NCBI GenBank assembly: GCA_002753745.1
Contig: PEAR01000001.1
Coordinates: 1-61,073 of the forward strand
Source of the DNA: Candidatus Omnitrophota bacterium
GTDB taxonomy: Bacteria > Omnitrophota > Gorgyraeia > Zapsychrales > Fredricksoniimonadaceae
Length of the DNA stretch: 61,073 nt
Direction: 5' to 3'
Of this stretch, positions 1 to 8,335 are shown in pieces. Each line of letters begins with the position of its first letter. The stretch's first letter is position 1. Position numbers and translations under genes: made by a program. The notes below the pieces were generated by a model. That model did no database searches, was not told where the DNA came from, and worked only from the letters and a program-made list of their open reading frames with translations.

Positions 1-2
1 AA

Positions 3-719
3 GCAGATACTGTTCACCATTGCGACGATTCAACCGCCGGCCAATACGCCATCACCGTCAATTACACCGACCTGGCCACCGGCTGGACCGAACAGCGAGC
101 GGTCTGGGGTAAAGGCGAACAAGGCGTCTTGAGGCAAACCGGACACGTTGAGCAATCCTTACCCTTCCTCCTTCGAGGATTCGACGCGGATAATGGCAGC
201 GAGTTTATCAATGAGCACCTGCTGAAATACTTAACTCAGCACCGCGGACAGCCCATTCAATTCACGCGGTCCCGCGCTTACAAGAAGAACGACAACGCCC
301 ACATTGAACAAAAGAACTGGACCCATGTCCGACAATGGCTCGGATACAATCGTTTTGACAATCCTGTTGTGGTTCCATTCCTTAACGAACTTTACACTTC
401 TGAATGGAACCTTTATCACAACTTCTTTATCCCCTCCGTCAAACTCATTGACAAAAAACGCGACCACTCTAAGATCATCAAAAAACACGACAACCCCAAA
501 ACGCCGTATCAGCGCATCCTGGAAACCGACAGCTCGATAGTCCCTGAATCCAGAAAAAAACAATTAAGAACGCTTTACGCATCCTTAAACCCATTTACTT
601 TGAGAAAAGCCATGGAAGCCAAGATCGCCAAAGTCCTTCGCCTCGCTTCCAAATCCGGTAACATCAATTCTGAGGCAACGATTCCGCTCCCCGACCTCAC
701 AGGTAACATTGTTCAATGA
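3..719 (+). CDS. DDE (rve/integrase-core) transposase, 5' end cut by the window edge
   Basis: Frame 3 is open from nt 3 (ADTVHHCDDS...). DDE-type motifs are present: DADNGSEF and NDNAHIEQKNW...VRQW, followed by a C-terminal tail. This resembles ISNCY/IS481-like integrase-core transposases. Confidence 0.75.
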   Translation, partial: ADTVHHCDDSTAGQYAITVNYTDLATGWTEQRAVWGKGEQGVLRQTGHVEQSLPFLLRGFDADNGSEFINEHLLKYLTQHRGQPIQFTRSRAYKKNDNAHIEQKNWTHVRQWLGYNRFDNPVVVPFLNELYTSEWNLYHNFFIPSVKLIDKKRDHSKIIKKHDNPKTPYQRILETDSSIVPESRKKQLRTLYASLNPFTLRKAMEAKIAKVLRLASKSGNINSEATIPLPDLTGNIVQ

Positions 720-814
720 GTCAACTGGAGATTACAAACATATATAATATAAGTATCTGCGCTATAAAAACTTGTGGATGTTTCTAGATTGGCTTATTAC
801 TATATAATTCTCTA

Positions 815-1000
815 TTATTCTTGCTGTGCATTAAGATTCTCAGATATAACACTGCCTTCATCCTTCGCCATCTTCTCTCTCAGCCGCCACTCCCCACACG
901 ATGGATTATGGAACACCATTCTCTTGAAGTTGGCGCACCAGCCCTCATCGCCATTCTTTTGCGTCCAATTCTGACAACTTTTGCAGCCTGTCTTCATCAC
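815..1000 (-). CDS. small Cys-containing hypothetical protein (possible zinc-ribbon)
   Basis: 61 aa ORF with CKSC...WC...SCGEW. A strong SD (GGAGG) lies 3-6 nt upstream of tandem ATG codons. No homology recognised. Confidence 0.3.
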   Translation of the reverse strand: MMKTGCKSCQNWTQKNGDEGWCANFKRMVFHNPSCGEWRLREKMAKDEGSVISENLNAQQE

Positions 1001-1045
1001 CAGCCTCCATGAACCTATTGCGTAATTTTAGCACACCCGCATGCC

Positions 1046-1085
1046 AAAGAAAAAGCCCGCCATTTTCAGACGGGCTCTTTTTCGT
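1046..1085 (-). terminator. rho-independent terminator after the Met-rich gene
   Basis: Minus-strand hairpin AGCCCGUCUGAAAAUGGCGGGCU followed by UUUUUCUUU, about 20 nt after the stop at 1101. Confidence 0.75.
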
Positions 1086-1100
1086 AAAATCAAAACTCAA

Positions 1101-1571
1101 TTACTTCGAGGAACCACAACAAACAGGCGCATTGTTCATCATCATGCAGCAAGTGCAGCCTGACTCCATCATGGTCATCATGCACATGCAGCAATCCTGG
1201 ATCATCTTGGCGCACATCATGTCGCCGCTGGTGCACATCATGCACATGCCGTCCTTGGTCATTTCCATCTTGCACATACCCATCATCATGTTGCAGGTCA
1301 TCATGGTCATGCCGTTCATCATCATCTGAAAACTGACCATACCGCCGTTGAGCATCGTGCAAAGATTCTGCATCATGGCGGCACCCATCTCGTCGGAAGC
1401 CATGCACATGATCTTCATTCCGTCCTTCATCTTCTCCATCTTGAACATGCAGCGCGGGATCATCATCATGTCCATCGTTCCCATGGGCATCCCCGCCGGA
1501 GCCATGCTGGGCATTCCCATCATGTTACGCCCCATTGTCATCATCTGTTTCATTTTCATTTCTGATTTCAT
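1101..1571 (-). CDS. extremely Met- and Cys-rich protein (about 33% Met, 10% Cys), internally duplicated
   Basis: The ORF is open to 1595. The ATG at 1571 has an SD (GGAG, 7 nt spacing). By hand count, 54 Met and 16 Cys in the 164 aa ORF. Two repeats share KME..KDGM..MC..D.M.A.M.Q..C. It has its own terminator and a promoter/operator region. Confidence 0.6.
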   Translation of the reverse strand: MKSEMKMKQMMTMGRNMMGMPSMAPAGMPMGTMDMMMIPRCMFKMEKMKDGMKIMCMASDEMGAAMMQNLCTMLNGGMVSFQMMMNGMTMMTCNMMMGMCKMEMTKDGMCMMCTSGDMMCAKMIQDCCMCMMTMMESGCTCCMMMNNAPVCCGSSK

Positions 1572-1738
1572 CTTGCTTCTCCATTTATCTACCATTGGTA
1601 TGGTAAGAATTCTTTTCGGTGATAAACATATAGCGCTCGTGACTATTTTGCTTCACCGACATGATGAAAGAATAACAAACAACAGACACAATGTCAAGAG
1701 ATATTTGCTGTAAGTCGTTTATTTTCAATACATTATAT

Positions 1739-1763
1739 ACTATATCCCCACTAGGAGAAGTAG
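1739..1763. promoter_or_regulatory. operator-like box ACTATATCCCCACTAGGAGAAGTAG in the divergent intergenic region
   Basis: Near-identical to the minus-strand box CACTATCCCCACTGGGATAGTAGTG at 14831-14856. Lies just downstream of a candidate minus-strand promoter: TTGAAA at 1789-1794, 17 nt spacer, TTAATA at 1766-1771. Confidence 0.45.
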
Positions 1764-1804
1764 ATTATTAATGATTCTCAAAAATAAATTTCAATAATCC
1801 ACGC

Positions 1805-1832
1805 TTGACAAATCCAATAAACAATATATACT
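1805..1832 (+). promoter_or_regulatory. sigma70-like promoter of the Rrf2 gene
   Basis: TTGACA (1805-1810), 16 nt spacer, TATACT (1827-1832), about 30 nt before the ATG at 1865. It overlaps the second copy of the 12 nt direct repeat TATATACTATAT (1734-1745 and 1825-1836). Confidence 0.55.
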
Positions 1833-1864
1833 ATATTAAATCAATAGGAATTATAGAGTAAAAT

Positions 1865-2305
1865 ATGAAAATTACACACAAAGGCGATTACGCGTTAAAA
1901 GCAATTCTGGACATGTCCGTGCATTACGATGAAGGGTTGGCGACGATCCAGGAAATCGCCAAACGCATCGATGCCCCGGGAAAATTTCTGGAACAGGTAT
2001 TGCTGGAGTTAAAGAAAGGCGGATTCATCGAGAGTCGTCGGGGAAAGATTGGCGGGTATCAGCTGTCCCGGCCCCCTAAGCAGATCACATTGGGTCAAGT
2101 TATTCGCTTCGTCGATGGCCCTCTCGAGCCGATTGCCTGTATCAATGAATGCTACTCCGACTGCGGCGACCTTCATCAATGCGCCTTCCGCCTCATCTGG
2201 CAGCAGGTGTTTCAGGCAACTTCAAATATCGTCGATAACATTACGTTCGCGGATCTGGCCAAAAAGATTGAAGCCGCATCCAAAGTGCCTACATATTCAA
2301 TTTAA
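1865..2305 (+). CDS. Rrf2-family transcriptional regulator with Cys cluster (IscR/NsrR-like)
   Basis: N-terminal winged-helix signature (KGDYALKAILDM...IQEIA...PGKFLEQVLLELKKGGFIESRRGKIGGYQL). Cys cluster CINECYSDCGDLHQC. Confidence 0.9.
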   Translation: MKITHKGDYALKAILDMSVHYDEGLATIQEIAKRIDAPGKFLEQVLLELKKGGFIESRRGKIGGYQLSRPPKQITLGQVIRFVDGPLEPIACINECYSDCGDLHQCAFRLIWQQVFQATSNIVDNITFADLAKKIEAASKVPTYSI

Positions 2306-2316
2306 AGGTGACCTTC

Positions 2317-2541
2317 ATGTCTCGAATAGACAAATACTTCAACCAGACCTCTGATAACTTTACATCCGAACCTTCACTGGATGCCTTCGTGATCTGCCCG
2401 GCCTCCCTGTTCCCTGAGATGACGCCTGAGCAATTCGCTGCAACACAGCAAATCTACAAAGCCGCCTATGAAAAGGCCTGGGCGAAAGTCTACGGGAACG
2501 GTTCAAATCCCGACGACTTTGATCTGGGTAGTGGAATTTAA
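2317..2541 (+). CDS. hypothetical small protein
   Basis: ATG at 2317 preceded by AGGTGA (5 nt spacing). No recognisable domain. Its stop overlaps the convergent HPr-like gene by 4 nt. Confidence 0.35.
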   Translation: MSRIDKYFNQTSDNFTSEPSLDAFVICPASLFPEMTPEQFAATQQIYKAAYEKAWAKVYGNGSNPDDFDLGSGI

Positions 2542-2801
2542 ATCCCCGCGCCATCCTGGAATGTATGGGCAATCTCCCTCATCGCTTCCTTTTCATCAGC
2601 TCCCTCGATAACCAGAGTCACTTCTGAATTTTGCGGCACACCCAGGGAAAGCACATCCAGGATCGATCGCGTGTCCGCCTTGGCTGAATTATGCCAAAGC
2701 TGAATTGTAGAAGTGAATTTCTTCGCGATGGTCACAATACGAGCTGCCTCCCGTAAATGAAGACCATGAAGAGCAAGAATACGTATCTTTTTAGTTTCCA
2801 T
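2538..2801 (-). CDS. HPr-family phosphocarrier-like protein
   Basis: 87 aa. GLHLREAARIV matches the HPr His-15 region, RSILDVLSLGV matches the Ser-46 region, followed by the EGADE motif. Confidence 0.65.
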   Translation of the reverse strand: METKKIRILALHGLHLREAARIVTIAKKFTSTIQLWHNSAKADTRSILDVLSLGVPQNSEVTLVIEGADEKEAMREIAHTFQDGAGI

Positions 2802-2837
2802 AATCAGAATCCAGTCCAGCGCCAGTCATGGCAATAT

Positions 2838-3056
2838 TTAAAGCTCCCGAAACGATTTCTTCGGCTTATTAGGCGCAACCGGCTTCTTGTTCGAGTATTG
2901 GGCTATCCACGCTTCTGCGTGATGATCAAGCCAGTCGCGAGAGGCCTTCTCTAAGCCGATATCGTGACCGGCCTTCTCACTTTCAACCCACTTAAACCTG
3001 TTGATCTCCTCGACGACTTTCCTGTCTTTTAATAATTCTGAATGAATATTCCCCAT
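2838..3056 (-). CDS. small conserved hypothetical protein (KWVESEKAGHDIG motif)
   Basis: 72 aa. SD AAGGGGGA upstream. Starts 21 nt after the stop of the giant gene, so it is probably co-transcribed. Confidence 0.55.
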   Translation of the reverse strand: MGNIHSELLKDRKVVEEINRFKWVESEKAGHDIGLEKASRDWLDHHAEAWIAQYSNKKPVAPNKPKKSFREL

Positions 3057-3077
3057 AAAAATTCCCCCTTTTTACAA

Positions 3078-6000
3078 TTAAACCGCTGACAGTTCCGACG
3101 CTATTTTCAATTCAGATAAAACCGGCATGTTAAGCGGCGTCATAGGCATAATACTTCTGATTACCGGCTCAAGACCGCGAATATCGATCATCGCCGGATC
3201 CTGAAACTGAACCGGCAACGGAACGCCAGCACCATCGACCTTAATGTTGATCTTCAAATTCGAGCTATCCAGATCAATACCGCCAAGGGGCGTTTGTGCC
3301 GAGTCCGTGTTTGTCGGCGGCAACAAAAGATAGGGAAATAAATGCGGAAGAATGACTTCCCCGGCTCGACGAATCGCGATTGAATTGTAATTGCGATGAT
3401 TCCCGATTCCCGTGACATCACCTTGCGGCACAACCAGCACACCGGAAACGCTCTCATCACCGTCTTTGATATCCAGAATCGTTATATCCGCTCCCTCGTC
3501 CAACGGGTGCTCACCGCGTCTGATTCCTTCCGTGTTAACCCACGCGACCTTTGATTTGTAAGCATTCGCCTTGATCGACTGAATAACACGCCTTGCCTCC
3601 AGACCGTCTTCATCAACAAGAACATAATCAGCATCCTTGTCAAACGCCGATGAGCGCAAGAAGCCCTGGTCATCCGTGTTAACTGTCACGAACTCAACTC
3701 TTTCATTCCCAGAGAGATTAAAAAGATGCCCGTCACCCTCCTGAAACTCCTTCGTTAATCGCTCCAGATCAGATCCCTGCTTTGTCGCCACCACTATGCG
3801 GATCGGATCCCCATTCTCTTTTTTGGGCGTATCAAACACCCAATGCTTGAGGAGAATATTAACAGCGCTGGTAAAAGACGGCGTCGAGATCCCCTGATAC
3901 TCCTGACTAAACGCTCGACGGGCACCTGCTTCAGCCAACGCCAAAAGCAATTGCACCGTTGCACTGGCCGGACTTCCAAAACGTCCATAAGTCCGATACG
4001 ATCCTTGAGGTAAATACGGCCCCTTGTCCGGATTTCCAGCAACGCCATTCCAGCCAAATCCCGCCTTGAGATCATCCGGATCATCAGCGCGATAGGCATT
4101 GGACGGATTCCCGCCGCTAGCGACCAGTGACCGGTGATCGCCGCTCAACAACCCCCAAATAGCCGTGTGATGAATCAGCAATGTATGCGGATTGTATTTG
4201 GTGATTAATGTTGATTCATGGATCAGACGTGCTGCTTCCTTAATGCGTGCAGACGTAAACGGAACATATCCGCCGATATCAGCAATTCCTTTAAGAATAT
4301 CCGGCTCAACGTTGTATCCTTCTTTTTTTGCGCGCTTGATGACCGGATATTTGCGCAACGCGTAACCAGTCTTTCCGTCGACATTAGTCGTCGGCTGCAT
4401 AAAGATCGCATCGAGCTGATCGTAAGGAATCTTGTCGAACTTCCCATCGTATAGCTTCAGGATCTGAAAAATTGCCCCCAACTCCCGCAAGACATCTTTT
4501 GTGTCCTCAATACCCACGGCCCAACGGATGCCTCCACGCGTCACGCCGCCTTGCCGCAACTGTTCATCCGTCAGCCCTGACAGCGCCCCGTATCCTGGCA
4601 TCTGCATAAGATTACGAACATCCCCAAGGCTCACAGCATGTTCGATGGTCCTGAAATATCGCAGAAGCGCCATGAACGCCTTGGCCCGCTCTTCCGTCTC
4701 CAGATCAAAATAAATCATGTGCCCCGGATTATTCATCTGCCTTTGCGCAATACCATATTGCGGATGCGATTCATCCCCGGGATATCGGACGAATTTCACC
4801 TGCGGGTTCTTCTTCAGCCATTCAACATAAACCCGGGCGTTTTCCTGCTGCTTAAAGAATCTTTTCTCCAGCGTCGGTAAGCCATAACGAAGAAGTTTCT
4901 TCGCATCATCCTCATTAATCGGCTCGGTCCGAAGACCTTTCAATTCTTCAACAATCTCCTTCTTGGCAACCACAACAGCGCCAAAGACATTGCCGTCGCC
5001 GGAAAGCCCCTTGGTCACGACCTGCACAACAGCATCGATCCCATACTCCAGCGGCTGCTGCCCGAGTGATGTAGCGAATGAACCGTCAAAGATAATAAAC
5101 GCCTCCGGCGATTTTGAATTCCGAACCGTACGCACCACCCTTTCCATATCAACAACCGGCAGCGACGGATTCGCCGGTGTCTCAAAAATTACTGCAGCGG
5201 TATTTCTTGACAACTCCTCAACCAGCTGATTCTCAGGATCAGACACAATCCTGACCTTAAGGCCGTACTTTCGATACAGCTCCACATCGCCTTCCGTCCC
5301 GCCATAGGCAGGACGCACCAGAACGATTTCAGGCGTACGTCCGGGATATTTAAGCGCGAACTGTTTCAAGGCATACCGAAGCGGAAGATGAACACCAGCA
5401 ACACCGGACGCCACGCTAACGCCTGCATACTGCTCTGACAGCAAATTCTGTGTTTCCAGATCAGCAACTGCCCTCTCCACTTGCTCAACCACACTCCTGC
5501 CTTGGCGCTTATCATCAACAAGAGGTAAATCAGGCCCGGATCCGCTAACAACCGGCGATGTATTGACCGTGCGGCGCTCCGGAATAATAGAAGATGGCGA
5601 AACCCCTTCCGGCGTTGTTAAAACAATCCCCAAATCATCAGCAATCTCAACAGGAATAGCCTTTCTATCTTTCTTCTGCGGCAGCCGGATCTCATTAATA
5701 CCGACAACGGTTGCCCCAGCTGGGACATCTTTGGAGACCGTTGCGTTAGCGCCTATCTTGGCGCCATCACCAATAGTGACTGTTCCCACAATACTGGCTC
5801 CAGCACCCAGCAAAACACCATTACCAACAATCGGATGTCTTCTGCCATCTGCCGTGACTTTTCCATTCGACCCCAGCGTCACCCCATGAAGAAAATACAC
5901 ATCATCGCCGACAATCGCGGTCTCGCCGACAACAACACCAATTCCATGATCAATAACAACACCCTTACCAATTGTCGCTCCGGGATGAATATCCACACCA

Positions 6001-8312
6001 AAGGCAATCGAAACCCGGCTCTGAAATCGCAAAGCAAGTTCCTGTCGACCGTTCAACCACAGCCAATGCGCCACGCGATACGCCGCCAGCGCATGAAAAC
6101 CCTTAAAGTTTAAAAACGGCGTCGAAAGCTTGTCAGATGCCGGATCACGCTCAAGTACGGCAAGCAGATCGCGACGAATGGCATCAAGAATATCCGGGGA
6201 AGCACTCAACGCTTCTTTCACCGTTGTCCTGACATCCTCGGCGTCCATGTGTTCCGACGCCAATTTGTTTGCCAACAAATAAGAAATCGCCGACTCCAGA
6301 TCCGGTTGATCAAGAATCGTTTTCTTGAGGTACTCTGCAAGCTGCCGCTCTTTCTTCGCAATCGAATCGGCTTCCTCGTACAAACGGCTCCAGACCGGAT
6401 CAGAAGACACAGTCGTCCTGGGAGATGCTTTTAAGGATGATGTCCTTACGCCTGCTGGCGCACTCTTCTTCCGTACTTGCTGTGGCTTTTCCTTCTTCTC
6501 TGGTGTTCTCGAAGAAACAGCAACCTCCTTCTTCAGCGCATCCAACCGCTGCCACGCCTCCTGCGGATGAATAGGTGCAACCTGACGGGTATCCCGATGT
6601 TGCCGCAAATCCTTTGAGATGGTCTCATCAGAAACAACAATCAACCCCTGAATACCGTTTTGCTTTGCTCTCTCATCAGTTCTGCTAATTGCATCACTCT
6701 GTTCGACACGAGCTGCACTGAACGCAAGAAGCGTCTGGGGGCTTTTTACACCAGCAGTCCGAGAAACTTCATCAAAACGTTCTGACTTGGAAAACGGAAA
6801 AAACACAATCGCTGTCTGTTTAGATAACGCATCCTGCAAATCATCAAAATTTGTCACAATCCGTGCTTCATTCGGATTTTGTCTGGCGTACAGGACAAAC
6901 ACATTATCTGCGGGTGATTCCGGCGGAATATAAAATACAGCTTCGCCATTGCCTTGCTCAATCCCGGACCGCTCCTTGGCAAAATGGATCAAATTGGCAA
7001 CTGCCGCCAGCTTTGTTGAATAACTGACCCCGTCGAATTTTCCCTCTTCCCCCTGAAAATGGACTCGCGCCGTCAGCTGCTCAACAGCTCTCACTGTTTC
7101 ATCATTCAAATCTTTTCTGCGGGCCACGAGATCAGCATGTGTTTTCTCAATTGCCCTGACCAAGTCAGTATCAACAATCTCTCGTCCGGGCTTGGACAAG
7201 AACTCCGTTGCCGAACCCTGACTCGCATCCGATATAATCTCAGGCGCGACGCCTACCATGCCGCCGGAGAAATATTTTCTCGGCAGAGTCTCGTGCGTTA
7301 AAGGATCTTCTTCCTCCTTGATATAGTTGAACACGCCAACCTTAAACGCCTCCAGATACCTCTCGTAGATCTTATCCTTTGCCTTCGGGTCATCGACCTC
7401 AACACCAGCGACCTTGTTTTTATCCGTGTAGACTTGGTTAACAAGACTTGCCTTAAGCGCCTGTTTAAACCATGTCGCCAGGATCATGGCATTATAAATC
7501 TGACGCAGCGGAGCAAAATTCTCTCCCTCGTTCACTTCTTTCTCAATGATCGGCAGAATAATTTCCCGGACAGCATTGACCGTAAATTCCTTCTTCCCTT
7601 CAACGCCATCCGCTGAATCTGAAATCTGAACATCAGATGACAGCTCATGGCTGGCTTTCTCCGCCAGATAATCTTTCTCCAGCATGACCTTTAAATGACT
7701 CTTCACAAGAAACGCAGCGCCATCTTTCTGATAAACCTCTGCCTTGTCTGCCCGAACCCAAATCTTGTTAAATGTATCAACCGGAATATCAGTTGTGCCC
7801 AATTTATCGTAGGCTTGAGCATATACTTTCCGCCAAAAGCCTCTGCCCACATCCTCTTCGGGATACATCAATGATGCCGTAAACTGCTTGAGGACATAAT
7901 CCTGACCCAACAACTCCTGACCGGTACTTGTCTGGGCAAAGCTGTTGCCAATAATGCGATGCGCTTCATAGGGCGACAGATTGACCCACACATCCTTATT
8001 GGGGATTGTCAGCGACGCCAAAAAATGCCTGATAAGCCGACTGTATTCTTGCTTCTTTTGCGTGTCTGACAATGGACGGTCACCCTGATCAACGACAAAA
8101 TAGAAATGAAAGGGATTATGCTGATCCACCTTTAACCCGACAATCTGGGGAGGATTAAAGGCATTCGTTGGAGAAAGACGCACGCCGGGAACCGGTAGCG
8201 GCAGCACCACCTGCGCGTAACCGGATTGAACTGGTATTGCGCTCAACATGGCTGTGATAAGTCCAACAGCGATGAAACGGAAAATGGATGTCTTTTGAAT
8301 TTGATGCAACAT
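3078..8312 (-). CDS. 1744 aa signal-peptide protein: shared N-module + unknown region + serine O-acetyltransferase domain + Cys/Met-metabolism PLP domain + degenerate PLP-like region + shared GGIDL C-module
   Basis: Uninterrupted ORF with SD AGGAG 7 nt upstream. Signal peptide ends GYAQ. Domain evidence is given in the sub-features below. Confidence 0.9.
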   Translation of the reverse strand: MLHQIQKTSIFRFIAVGLITAMLSAIPVQSGYAQVVLPLPVPGVRLSPTNAFNPPQIVGLKVDQHNPFHFYFVVDQGDRPLSDTQKKQEYSRLIRHFLASLTIPNKDVWVNLSPYEAHRIIGNSFAQTSTGQELLGQDYVLKQFTASLMYPEEDVGRGFWRKVYAQAYDKLGTTDIPVDTFNKIWVRADKAEVYQKDGAAFLVKSHLKVMLEKDYLAEKASHELSSDVQISDSADGVEGKKEFTVNAVREIILPIIEKEVNEGENFAPLRQIYNAMILATWFKQALKASLVNQVYTDKNKVAGVEVDDPKAKDKIYERYLEAFKVGVFNYIKEEEDPLTHETLPRKYFSGGMVGVAPEIISDASQGSATEFLSKPGREIVDTDLVRAIEKTHADLVARRKDLNDETVRAVEQLTARVHFQGEEGKFDGVSYSTKLAAVANLIHFAKERSGIEQGNGEAVFYIPPESPADNVFVLYARQNPNEARIVTNFDDLQDALSKQTAIVFFPFSKSERFDEVSRTAGVKSPQTLLAFSAARVEQSDAISRTDERAKQNGIQGLIVVSDETISKDLRQHRDTRQVAPIHPQEAWQRLDALKKEVAVSSRTPEKKEKPQQVRKKSAPAGVRTSSLKASPRTTVSSDPVWSRLYEEADSIAKKERQLAEYLKKTILDQPDLESAISYLLANKLASEHMDAEDVRTTVKEALSASPDILDAIRRDLLAVLERDPASDKLSTPFLNFKGFHALAAYRVAHWLWLNGRQELALRFQSRVSIAFGVDIHPGATIGKGVVIDHGIGVVVGETAIVGDDVYFLHGVTLGSNGKVTADGRRHPIVGNGVLLGAGASIVGTVTIGDGAKIGANATVSKDVPAGATVVGINEIRLPQKKDRKAIPVEIADDLGIVLTTPEGVSPSSIIPERRTVNTSPVVSGSGPDLPLVDDKRQGRSVVEQVERAVADLETQNLLSEQYAGVSVASGVAGVHLPLRYALKQFALKYPGRTPEIVLVRPAYGGTEGDVELYRKYGLKVRIVSDPENQLVEELSRNTAAVIFETPANPSLPVVDMERVVRTVRNSKSPEAFIIFDGSFATSLGQQPLEYGIDAVVQVVTKGLSGDGNVFGAVVVAKKEIVEELKGLRTEPINEDDAKKLLRYGLPTLEKRFFKQQENARVYVEWLKKNPQVKFVRYPGDESHPQYGIAQRQMNNPGHMIYFDLETEERAKAFMALLRYFRTIEHAVSLGDVRNLMQMPGYGALSGLTDEQLRQGGVTRGGIRWAVGIEDTKDVLRELGAIFQILKLYDGKFDKIPYDQLDAIFMQPTTNVDGKTGYALRKYPVIKRAKKEGYNVEPDILKGIADIGGYVPFTSARIKEAARLIHESTLITKYNPHTLLIHHTAIWGLLSGDHRSLVASGGNPSNAYRADDPDDLKAGFGWNGVAGNPDKGPYLPQGSYRTYGRFGSPASATVQLLLALAEAGARRAFSQEYQGISTPSFTSAVNILLKHWVFDTPKKENGDPIRIVVATKQGSDLERLTKEFQEGDGHLFNLSGNERVEFVTVNTDDQGFLRSSAFDKDADYVLVDEDGLEARRVIQSIKANAYKSKVAWVNTEGIRRGEHPLDEGADITILDIKDGDESVSGVLVVPQGDVTGIGNHRNYNSIAIRRAGEVILPHLFPYLLLPPTNTDSAQTPLGGIDLDSSNLKINIKVDGAGVPLPVQFQDPAMIDIRGLEPVIRSIMPMTPLNMPVLSELKIASELSAV
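3081..3287 (-). other. shared C-module (GGIDL...DPAM...P.I..I.PMT)
   Basis: LGGIDLDSSNLKINIKVDGAGVPLPVQFQDPAMIDIRGLEPVIRSIMPMT aligns with the C-termini of the 1033 aa and 1415 aa proteins. Confidence 0.8.
4458..5465 (-). other. Cys/Met-metabolism PLP-dependent enzyme domain (CGS/OAH-sulfhydrylase family), aa ~950-1285
   Basis: VIFETPANPSLPVVD, IIFDGSFAT, a VTKGLSGDGNVFGAVVV candidate PLP-lysine motif, VRYPG..SHPQY..A.RQM, VSLGD..NL...P and IRWAVGIED. Confidence 0.7.
5697..6404 (-). other. serine O-acetyltransferase (CysE-like) domain, aa 637-872
   Basis: SATase N-terminal helical region (FLNFKGFHALAAYRVAHWLW..GR..LA). Left-handed beta-helix hexapeptide repeats (GVDIHPGATIGKGVVIDHGIGVVVGETAIVGDDVYFLHGVTLG...RHPIVGNGVLLGAGASIVG.VTIGDGAKIGANATV). 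Confidence 0.8.
7260..8210 (-). other. shared N-module (aa 35-351) of the giant protein
   Basis: Aligns by eye with the N-termini of the 1033 aa and 1415 aa proteins. Shared blocks: NPF.F.F..D.G, R.I..FLAS.T.P.KD.WVNLSPYE, GQ/RDLL.QDY.LKQ.TAS, FW.KVY, D.PVDTFNK.W, KEVNEG.NF..LRQ.Y, Y.EAFK.G..NYI, RKYFSGG. Confidence 0.85.
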
Positions 8313-8335
8313 AACTACTCCTGTGTTTAATAAAA

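Noticed and set aside
1009-1713. Other long ORFs over the Met-rich locus. These are the plus-strand ORFs 1009-1329 and 1348-1713 (Ile/Met/His-rich) and the minus-strand ORF 1090-1407 (His/Asp-rich).
   Set aside because: They are by-products of the ATG/CAT periodicity of the same DNA. None has the combination of SD, terminator and internal-repeat structure seen for the Met-rich frame, which is also the longest. The choice of frame still needs experimental or comparative confirmation.
2522-2556. Three small proteins end in G-x-G-I: DLGSGI, QDGAGI and, at 32950, QEGGGI. This suggested processed sulfur-carrier GG tails.
   Set aside because: Two of the endings come from one palindromic convergent overlap (GGAATTTAAATCC). 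The third protein matches DUF2292 rather than a beta-grasp fold. No JAMM protease is present. The pattern is probably coincidence.
3254-7616. Many 60-110 aa ORFs on both strands inside the 1744 aa gene.
   Set aside because: They are fully nested in a long ORF with recognisable domains. They have low-complexity or Arg-rich compositions typical of off-frame translation.
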